64,000 nt of DNA from Gaiellaceae bacterium (GTDB lineage Bacteria > Actinomycetota > Thermoleophilia > Gaiellales > Gaiellaceae), in NCBI GenBank assembly GCA_036376615.1, contig DASUZZ010000010.1, forward strand, positions 4,614-68,613. The letters are read 5' to 3'. Below, one piece after another: positions 57,804 through 64,000 of this stretch. Position 1 is the stretch's first letter, and every line of letters starts with the position of its first letter. Position numbers and translations under genes: made by a program. The notes beneath the pieces were generated by a model, which worked only from the letters and a program-made list of their open reading frames with translations, was not told where the DNA came from and did not search any database.

Positions 57804-59146
57804 ACCTTCTTGCCGGGGTTGAGGAGCCCCTTCGGGTCGAAGGCGTGCTTCAGCCGCATGTGCAAGTCGTAGCCGGTCGGGCCGAGCTGACGCTCCAGCT
57901 GGCCGCGCTTCAGCCAACCGATCCCGTGCTCGCCGGAGACCGTGCCGCCGAGCGCATGGGCGAGGTCGAAGAGCTCGTGGCAGGCCGCGTCCGCGCGGCG
58001 CTCCTCTTCGGGATCGTCGGGCGAGAAGAGGAACGTCGCGTGAATGTTCCCGTCGCCGGCGTGGCCGAACGAGAGCGCGGGGACGCCGTGACGCGCCCCG
58101 ATCAGCTCGGTCTCGCGCGCGACCTCGCGCAGCCGGTCGAGCGGCACGGCGATGTCCTCGCTGAACGCGCCGCCGCGCTGCGCGAGGATCGCGAACGCGA
58201 CGCCGGCCCGCCAGCGCCACAGCGCGGCCACGTCCTCGCCCGCCTCGGGCGCGTGCACGGCGACCGCGTCCTCCGAGAGCGCCTCCTGGAGCTCGCCCGC
58301 GACCCGGCGGGCCTCGGCGGCGGAGCCGTCGGCCTCCGTGATCACCATGAACCCGGCGCCGCCGGGGAGCCCGAACGGGTACGAGTCGGCCGCGTAGCCG
58401 AGCAGCACGCCGTCCAGGTACTCGATCGCGGCCGGCACGACACCCGATCCGAGCACCCGCTCGATCGCCGCGATCCCGCTGTCCGCGTCCGGGTAGAGCC
58501 CGACCACCGGCAGCTCCGCCTCGGGCGCCGGCGTCAGCCGCAGCCACGCGGCGGTGACGAGCCCCAGCGTCCCCTCGGAGCCGACGAGCAGCCCCTTCAG
58601 GTCGTAGGCGGCGACGTCCTTGCGCAGCGGGCCGCCGAAGGTGACGACCTTGCCGGGCGGGACGACCGCCTCGATCCCGGTGATCCAGTGGCCCGTGACG
58701 CCGTACTTGAACGCGTGCGGGCCGCCCGCATTGCACGCGATGTTGCCGCCGATCTGCGAGATCTCCGCCGCGCCCGGGTCGGGCGGAAAGCGGAGGCCGC
58801 TCTCGCGGGCGAGCCGCTGGACGTCCCCCGTCGTGACGCCGGCCTCGACGTGCATGCGCCAGAGCAGGGGATCGAACTGGCGGATGCGGTTCAGCCGCTC
58901 GAATCCGATCACGACGCCGCCCTCGACCGGGATCGCGCCCCCAGCGAGGCCGGTCCCGCCGCCGCGGGCGGTGAGCGCCACGTCGTGCTCGTAGCACCAC
59001 CGCATCACCGAGGCGACCTCGTCGGTGGTCGCCGGCATCACCACCGCGTCGGCGTGGCCGACGACGCCGCGGCCCATCAGATCCGAGAGGAAACGGCCCT
59101 GCGGCTCGACCAGCGAGCCGGGGGAGAGAACCGACGCGAGATCCAC
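57800..59146 (-). CDS. FAD-linked oxidase (GlcD / D-lactate dehydrogenase family)
   Basis: GTG 59146 was chosen because the longer ORF would overlap the cupredoxin gene. The PCMH FAD domain reads ARGGGTGLAGGAIP, and the C-terminus has GEHGIGWLK...DPKGLLNPGK. Confidence 0.85.
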   Translation of the reverse strand: MDLASVLSPGSLVEPQGRFLSDLMGRGVVGHADAVVMPATTDEVASVMRWCYEHDVALTARGGGTGLAGGAIPVEGGVVIGFERLNRIRQFDPLLWRMHVEAGVTTGDVQRLARESGLRFPPDPGAAEISQIGGNIACNAGGPHAFKYGVTGHWITGIEAVVPPGKVVTFGGPLRKDVAAYDLKGLLVGSEGTLGLVTAAWLRLTPAPEAELPVVGLYPDADSGIAAIERVLGSGVVPAAIEYLDGVLLGYAADSYPFGLPGGAGFMVITEADGSAAEARRVAGELQEALSEDAVAVHAPEAGEDVAALWRWRAGVAFAILAQRGGAFSEDIAVPLDRLREVARETELIGARHGVPALSFGHAGDGNIHATFLFSPDDPEEERRADAACHELFDLAHALGGTVSGEHGIGWLKRGQLERQLGPTGYDLHMRLKHAFDPKGLLNPGKKV

Positions 59147-59198
59147 GCCGGCGAGAGTACCCTGAGTTCGGGCAGGGTCACCGAACCGAGGAGATGCA

Positions 59199-59540
59199 GT
59201 GAAGATCGTTCTACTTGCGCTGCTCTGCGCGGCAGTCGCCGCGCCGGCAGCGTTCGCGAAGTCCCCGACCTTGACCGGGACGGTCGGTCCCGGCTTCACC
59301 ATCACCCTCAAGCAGGGGAGCAAGTCGGTGAAGACGATGAAGGCGGGGACCTACACCTTCAAGATCAGCGACAAGTCGAACATCCACAACTTCCACCTGA
59401 CGGGCCCCGGCGTGAACAAGACGACGTCGGTCGGGGGGACCGGCTCGAGCACGTGGAAGCTCAAGCTGAAGAAGGGGACCTACAAGTACGTCTGCGACCC
59501 GCACAAGACGATCATGAAGGGGTCGTTCAAGGTCACGTAG
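59199..59540 (+). CDS. Secreted cupredoxin (type-1 copper, plastocyanin/azurin-like)
   Basis: GTG with a GAGGAG Shine-Dalgarno. After a signal peptide, candidate Cu ligands are His in NIHNFH and C-D-P-H-x3-M in YKYVCDPHKTIM. The protein has no Arg and about 17 Lys. Confidence 0.8.
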   Translation: MKIVLLALLCAAVAAPAAFAKSPTLTGTVGPGFTITLKQGSKSVKTMKAGTYTFKISDKSNIHNFHLTGPGVNKTTSVGGTGSSTWKLKLKKGTYKYVCDPHKTIMKGSFKVT

Positions 59541-61653
59541 CATCGTCCGTGTTCTCTCGCTGCTCACGCCGGAAGAGCGCGAGCAGCGAGGGGACGAGGA
59601 TGGTCCGCACGACGAACGTGTCGAGCAGGATGCCGACCGACAGCGCGAACGCAAGCTCTCGCATCGGCCAGATCGGGATGAGCGCGAGCATCGCGAAGCT
59701 TCCGGCGAGCGCGACGCCTGCCGTGGTGATCGTCGACGATGCTTCGGGGACGGCGCCGGCGATCGCCTCGCGCATCGGCTTCCGTTCGGCCGCGCGGCGG
59801 ATGCCGCCGACGACGAACACGTTGTAGTCCGACCCCAGCGAGAGCAGCAGCACGGCGGCCGCGAACGGCACGTAGTACGTCAGGTTCTCGTGCCCGAGGA
59901 GCCCCTGCATGACGAACGTGAGCAGCCCGAGCGTGGCCGCGAGCGCGAGGAGGCTCGCCGCCAGCAGGTAGACCGGCATCAGGAGGCTGCGGAGGAAGAC
60001 GGCGAGCAGCGCGAAGTTCACGAGCAGGACGGCGATGCCGACGCGGATCCCGTCGGAGCGCATCGTGGCGATCGTCTCCTCGGCGAGTGCCGTGTCACCG
60101 GCGTAGGACGCGCGTACGCCGTGGAGCTTCGCCCGCGCGAGCAGAGTGGGGACGCGGGTGCGGATCCGGTCGAGGTCGGCGATCGCGCGTGCCCCGAGCG
60201 GCTCGTCCGCGAGCACGATCGCGAAGCGTGCCGCGTTGCCGCTGCGCGCGACGGCGACCGGGAGATCGCGCTGCGCCGGCTGGTTGCCCGGCCCGAGCAC
60301 GTCGGCGACGCCGGGGATCGCGCGGAGCCCGCGCTGGAAGCGCATGAGTGCGGCGCGACGGCTTCCGACCCGGCCCTCGAGCAGCACCTCCGTCGGCGAG
60401 ACGATGCCCGGGGCGAAGCCGCGCGCGGCGTTGACCGCGGCGACCTTGACCTCGGCGTTCTCCGGCTGGCCACGCACGAGCGTGAAGCCGAGCCGTGTGT
60501 GCAGCAGGCCGGACGAGGCGACGACGAGCGCCGCGGCGACGACGAGGACCAGGGTCGCGGACGCCGGCCGGGCGGTTGCAAACCGCCAGACGCGCGACGG
60601 CCCGTGCTCCGACGGCTCGGCGGGGTGCGGCCAGGAGATCGCGCCGCCGAGCAGTGCGAGCAGCGCCGGCACGAACGTCACCGCGACCGCGACGGTGACG
60701 ACCACGGTGATCGCCATGCTCGGCCCGAACGTGCGGAAGAACGAGAGCTGCCCGACGACCAGCGCGAGGGAGCCGAGCGCGACGATCATCCCGGCCGTGA
60801 GCACGATCGGCAGGTTGTCCCGCGTCGTTCCCTCCGCGGCCGCGAGGCGCCTCTCGCCGGCGGCGAGCCTCCGGCGCATGCCGGAGACGAAGAAGACGCC
60901 GTAGTCGGTGAGCAGCCCGAGCAGAAGCGCGATCAACACGGGCTGTACCTCGTTCGGGACGGTGCGATGGTCGATCCGGCCGATCCAGGCGAGCAGGCGG
61001 ATCGCGATCGTGTACGCGATCGCCGCCGACGCGAGCACGACGAGCGGCGGGCCCGGGGCGCGGAACGTGAGCAGCAGGATCAACGCCACGAGCCCGATTG
61101 TCGCGAGCGTCACCCGCGGCAGGGCGCTCTCGATCCGCTGGAACTCCGACTTCCGTGCGAGCAGCGCGCCGGTGCGCAGCCCGGGCGGGTCGAGTGCCTG
61201 CGCATAGGCCTGCGCGGCGGCCAGCTGGTCGTGCGCGCCGATCGACGGCCTGAAGTAGAGGTAGATGACGACCGTGGTGTGGTTGCGCGAGGGAAGCGGT
61301 GCGGCGAACGAGATCTGCCGGAACTCGGGCAAGCGGTGACGGTCGACGGCCACGGCCAGCCGTGCGGTGCGTCGAACCTGCCGGCGCGTGAGCGGGCGGT
61401 CCGCATGCTGCACGACGACGACGCGCGTGAGGAAGCTCGACCCGAACTCCTTCGCCTCGCGCTCCTGCGTGGCGATCGCCGCGGCGCCGCCGGGAACGAG
61501 GCCGCCGAGCGGCGCGTCCGACGCCTCGGTGACGCCGGGGAGGTAGTGGAAGGCGGCGACGGCTGCGACGATCCAGGCCGGGACGATCAGGAAGGCCAGG
61601 CGCACGATCGCCCACGCGGCGGCGCCTGTCACCGCGGACGGACGGGTCGACAC
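59533..61653 (-). CDS. MMPL-family (RND superfamily) membrane transporter
   Basis: 706 aa with two 6-TM bundles and interposed periplasmic domains, showing typical MMPL motifs (SLGSDYNVFVV, LTDYGVFFV). Confidence 0.88.
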   Translation of the reverse strand: MSTRPSAVTGAAAWAIVRLAFLIVPAWIVAAVAAFHYLPGVTEASDAPLGGLVPGGAAAIATQEREAKEFGSSFLTRVVVVQHADRPLTRRQVRRTARLAVAVDRHRLPEFRQISFAAPLPSRNHTTVVIYLYFRPSIGAHDQLAAAQAYAQALDPPGLRTGALLARKSEFQRIESALPRVTLATIGLVALILLLTFRAPGPPLVVLASAAIAYTIAIRLLAWIGRIDHRTVPNEVQPVLIALLLGLLTDYGVFFVSGMRRRLAAGERRLAAAEGTTRDNLPIVLTAGMIVALGSLALVVGQLSFFRTFGPSMAITVVVTVAVAVTFVPALLALLGGAISWPHPAEPSEHGPSRVWRFATARPASATLVLVVAAALVVASSGLLHTRLGFTLVRGQPENAEVKVAAVNAARGFAPGIVSPTEVLLEGRVGSRRAALMRFQRGLRAIPGVADVLGPGNQPAQRDLPVAVARSGNAARFAIVLADEPLGARAIADLDRIRTRVPTLLARAKLHGVRASYAGDTALAEETIATMRSDGIRVGIAVLLVNFALLAVFLRSLLMPVYLLAASLLALAATLGLLTFVMQGLLGHENLTYYVPFAAAVLLLSLGSDYNVFVVGGIRRAAERKPMREAIAGAVPEASSTITTAGVALAGSFAMLALIPIWPMRELAFALSVGILLDTFVVRTILVPSLLALFRREQRENTDDAT

Positions 61654-61690
61654 GCTCGTCGACGTTCCCGGTCGGCGGGGGCTGAAGCGC

Positions 61691-62068
61691 CTAGCCCGGG
61701 TTTAGCGGCATCTCCTCGACCGCCTCGCGCGAGATGCGCCACCCCCGGAGCTCGTCGAATGCGAGCGAGTAGATCAGGAACGGCCGCCCCGCCCAGAGCC
61801 CCGACAGCTCGCGGTCGGTGCGCGACGGCTCCGGCTTCGTCGCCGGATGGGAGTGGAAGACGGCGAGCTCGTAGCCGTCGTCCTCGAGGAACCAGACCGA
61901 CGGGTCGATCTCGAGCTCGTAGCGGTACGGCGACTCGAGCGCGTTCCGGCCGCGCACGTAGCGCTGCGCGACGCCGTCGGCGAGCACGATCACGCCGCAG
62001 CACTCGTTCGGCGCCTGCTCGGCCGCGTGCGCCTGCAGCTCTGCGCGGATGGAAGCCGGGATCACCAC
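61691..62068 (-). CDS. mec: JAMM/MPN+ metalloprotease (Mec+/CysO-cysteine peptidase-like)
   Basis: NECCGVI...AVFHSHPATKPEPSRTD gives the E...HxHx7Sx2D JAMM motif. The GTG start overlaps the cysM stop. Confidence 0.8.
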   Translation of the reverse strand: MVIPASIRAELQAHAAEQAPNECCGVIVLADGVAQRYVRGRNALESPYRYELEIDPSVWFLEDDGYELAVFHSHPATKPEPSRTDRELSGLWAGRPFLIYSLAFDELRGWRISREAVEEMPLNPG

Positions 62069-62970
62069 CAGAGCGTCTCCTCGTCGATCTCCTCGCCGCG
62101 CCAGAAGTCGGCCGAGATGTACTTCCAGCCACCGTCGGCGAGGATCGCGACGACGACCGCGCCCTCCGGCAGCTCGTCGGCGATCCGGCGGGCAACGTGG
62201 ACGACCGCGCCGGAGGAGACGCCCGCGAACAGCCCCTCGCGGTCGAGCAGCGCCCGCGCGGCGGCCGCGGCCTCGCCGTTCGAGACGAGCAGCTTCCGGT
62301 CGAGCGCGGCGACGTCGAGGATCGGCGGGACGTAGCCCTCCTCGAGCGAGCGCAGCCCCATCACCGGATCGCCGGGCAGCGGCTCCGCCGCCACGACCTG
62401 CGCGCCGGGGAACGCTTCGCGGACCCGCGCGCCGGCGCCCATCAGCGTGCCGCCGGTGCCGAGCCCTGCCACGACGGCGTCGACGCGCGGAAGGTCGCGC
62501 GCGATCTCGGCGCCGGTCCCCTCGTAGTGCGCCCGGGGGTTCGCCTCGTTCGCGTACTGGAAGAGCATCACGTACCGGTCGTCGCGCTCGGCGATCTCCT
62601 GCGCGAGCCGCACCGCGCCGTTCGATCCGCCCTCGCCGGGCGACTCGACGATCGTGGCGCCGTACAGCTCGAGCAGCGTCCGCCGCTCGGGCGTCGCGTT
62701 CGACGGCATCACGCACGTGAGCCGGTGCCCCCTGAGCTTGGCGACGAGCGCGAGTGAGATGCCCGTGTTCCCGCTGGTCGGCTCGAGCAGCTCCTGGCCG
62801 GGCTCGAGCTGCGCGGCGTCCACCATCGCGAGCGCCACGCGGTCCTTGATCGAGCCGGTCGGGTTCTGTCCCTCGAGCTTCGCGTAGATCGTCCGGCCCG
62901 GGGGCGCGACGTGCCGCAGCTCGACGAGCGGCGTGTCGCCGATCAGGTCGAGCAGGGAGTTAGCAACCAC
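62062..62970 (-). CDS. cysM: Cysteine synthase B-type PLP enzyme (CysM; CysO-thiocarboxylate-dependent type by context)
   Basis: GTG 62970. LEGQNPTGSIKDRVA (PLP Lys), TSGNTGISLA and GLGTGGTLMG motifs. Confidence 0.9.
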   Translation of the reverse strand: MVANSLLDLIGDTPLVELRHVAPPGRTIYAKLEGQNPTGSIKDRVALAMVDAAQLEPGQELLEPTSGNTGISLALVAKLRGHRLTCVMPSNATPERRTLLELYGATIVESPGEGGSNGAVRLAQEIAERDDRYVMLFQYANEANPRAHYEGTGAEIARDLPRVDAVVAGLGTGGTLMGAGARVREAFPGAQVVAAEPLPGDPVMGLRSLEEGYVPPILDVAALDRKLLVSNGEAAAAARALLDREGLFAGVSSGAVVHVARRIADELPEGAVVVAILADGGWKYISADFWRGEEIDEETLWW

Positions 62971-63232
62971 CGGCCATCGCCGGCAGGAGGATGACGGTGG
63001 AGCCGTTGCCGACGGGCGTGTCCAGCCCGTCGCGCGTGCGGACGTCCTCGCCGTCGACGTAGACGTTGACGAACGGCTGCAGCTCGCCGCCCGCGTAGAC
63101 GCGCGTCCCGAGCGCCGGCACACGGCGCGAGAGGTCCTCCATCACCTCGCGCACGGTCGTCCCTTCCGCCTCCACCTCGCGGACGCCCCCCGCCTCGGTG
63201 CGGAGGACCGGCGGAACGCGGACGACCGTCAT
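62960..63232 (-). CDS. cysO: ThiS/MoaD-fold sulfur-carrier protein (CysO-like) ending ...AMAGG-C
   Basis: ATG 63232 has a GGAG Shine-Dalgarno. 90 aa. FVNVYVDGEDVR...GSTVILLPAMAGGC is a ubiquitin-like beta-grasp pattern, with one extra Cys after the Gly-Gly. Confidence 0.8.
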   Translation of the reverse strand: MTVVRVPPVLRTEAGGVREVEAEGTTVREVMEDLSRRVPALGTRVYAGGELQPFVNVYVDGEDVRTRDGLDTPVGNGSTVILLPAMAGGC

Positions 63233-63299
63233 CTCCGCTCCGGCGCCGGCGAAGCCGGCACCTCCGCTTCGCGCGACTCCGTCAAGCCTACGGCGCCGG

Positions 63300-64000
63300 T
63301 CACCTCGCGCAGAACTCGACGTAGTCGATGTACTCGGTGATCGTCGGATGATCGCCGCACACCGGGCAGTCGGGGTTGCGCTCGATGCGCACCTCGCTGA
63401 ACTCCGTCGACAGGGCGTCGAACAGCAGCAGCCGTCCGACGAGCGGCTCGCCGATCCCGGCCGCGAGCTTGATCGCCTCGTTCGTCTGCAACGAGCCGAT
63501 GATCCCGGGCAGGATGCCCAGCACGCCGCCCTCGGCGCACGACGGCGCGAGCTCGGCCGGCGGCGGCTCGGGGAAGAGGCAGCGGTAGCACGGCCCCTGA
63601 TGGGGAGAGAAGACGGTGACCTGCCCCTCGAAGCGGTAGATCGAGCCGTGGACGACGGGGATGCCGTGCCACACCGACGCGTCATTGACGAGGTAGCGGG
63701 TCGGGAAGTTGTCGGCGCCGTCCAGGATCAGGTCCCAGCCGTCGCCCAGGATGCGCTCGACGTTCTCCGACGTGAGCCGCTCGCGGTAGGTGACGACGTC
63801 GACGTCGGGGTTCAGCGCCTCGATCGCGCGCTTCGCCGAGTCGACCTTCGGCGTGCCGAGCGTGTCGAGCGAGTGCGCGACCTGCCGCTGCAGGTTCGTC
63901 TCGTCGACGATGTCGGCGTCGATGATCCCGATGCGCCCGATTCCCGCCGCCGCGAGGTAGAGCGAGGCGGGCGAGCCGAGCCCGCCGGCGCCGATCAGGA
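63300..64000 (-). CDS. ThiF/MoeB-family E1-like adenylyltransferase (partial; N-terminus beyond window end), no C-terminal rhodanese domain
   Basis: The frame is open to the window end. LIGAGGLGSPASLYLAAAGIGRIGIIDAD, NLQRQ, and Zn motifs CYRC and CPVC are present. The protein ends about 20 aa after the second CxxC. Confidence 0.88.
   Translation of the reverse strand, partial: LIGAGGLGSPASLYLAAAGIGRIGIIDADIVDETNLQRQVAHSLDTLGTPKVDSAKRAIEALNPDVDVVTYRERLTSENVERILGDGWDLILDGADNFPTRYLVNDASVWHGIPVVHGSIYRFEGQVTVFSPHQGPCYRCLFPEPPPAELAPSCAEGGVLGILPGIIGSLQTNEAIKLAAGIGEPLVGRLLLFDALSTEFSEVRIERNPDCPVCGDHPTITEYIDYVEFCAR

Noticed and set aside
59121-59136. A 16-nt exact match (GGGGAGAGAACCGACG) to the 5' arm of the 12956 hairpin, lying inside the FAD-oxidase coding region.
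   Set aside because: Only a half-site is present, with no complementary arm and none of the other element modules. It lies in a well-supported CDS (…VLSPGSL…). It is probably chance or a GA/GC-rich coincidence, but it would be worth including in a genome-wide search for the repeat.
57800-59323. A longer 507-aa version of the FAD-linked oxidase starting at 59323.
   Set aside because: The extra N-terminus is low-complexity and would overlap the cupredoxin gene (59199-59540), which has a strong Shine-Dalgarno and a signal peptide. GTG 59146 gives a normal GlcD-family N-terminus.

Overview
This is a 64-kb stretch of very GC-rich (roughly 70-75% by eye), tightly packed chromosomal DNA. Gene content looks Actinomycetota-like, possibly Thermoleophilia/Rubrobacteria-type, though that is a guess. 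I can support about 70 protein genes, one tRNA-Gln and no rRNA, CRISPR array, transposase or phage genes. Most long ORFs in the six-frame track are off-frame shadows of real genes, which is typical of high-GC DNA.

Layout:
- 0.2-3 kb: CopCD, an FmdB zinc-ribbon protein and an LCP protein.
- 3-24.4 kb: a housekeeping block in the ancient Firmicute/Actinobacteria 'yab' order: glucokinase, rsmI, M23 peptidase, metG, tatD-like, rsmA, ispE, tRNA-Gln, glmU, prs, rplY, pth, mfd, PPIase, mazG, eno, [Prx-like, pyk], ftsB-like, DUF501.
- 24.5-32.6 kb: an HTH-REC regulator, then a seven-gene translationally coupled operon (multi-GAF PP2C phosphatase, GDPD, L,D-transpeptidase, two TlpA-like thioredoxins, CcmH-like, CcdA).
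- 32.5-41 kb: a mixed accessory region with a stand-alone receiver, 7Fe ferredoxin, histone-H1-like repeat protein, VOC, a flavoprotein, a sensor-less NarL-type two-component pair with a radical SAM gene, a CNNM/CorC protein, and CMD/AhpD-like genes.
- 41-46.8 kb: a xylose-type utilisation locus.
- 46.8-51.3 kb: one 1511-aa multidomain membrane protein.
- 51.4-59.1 kb: an oxidative sugar/sugar-acid gene set.
- 59.2-64 kb: a cupredoxin, an MMPL transporter and a thiF-cysO-cysM-mec cysteine-synthesis cluster.

Most interesting observations:
1. An AhpD/CMD-family gene has an in-frame TGA exactly at the second Cys of the E-x11-CxxC-x3-H motif, followed by a SECIS-like hairpin. This is a candidate selenoprotein.
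2. Two diverged copies of a hairpin-bounded structured intergenic element.
3. The giant fusion of an RnfD/NqrB-like domain, FG-GAP/ASPIC repeats and a degenerate PAP2/haloperoxidase-like domain.
4. A CysO sulfur carrier encoded with an extra Cys after the Gly-Gly terminus.
5. The PP2C-to-CcdA coupled operon.

All functional calls rest on motif recognition by eye. No database search was run.
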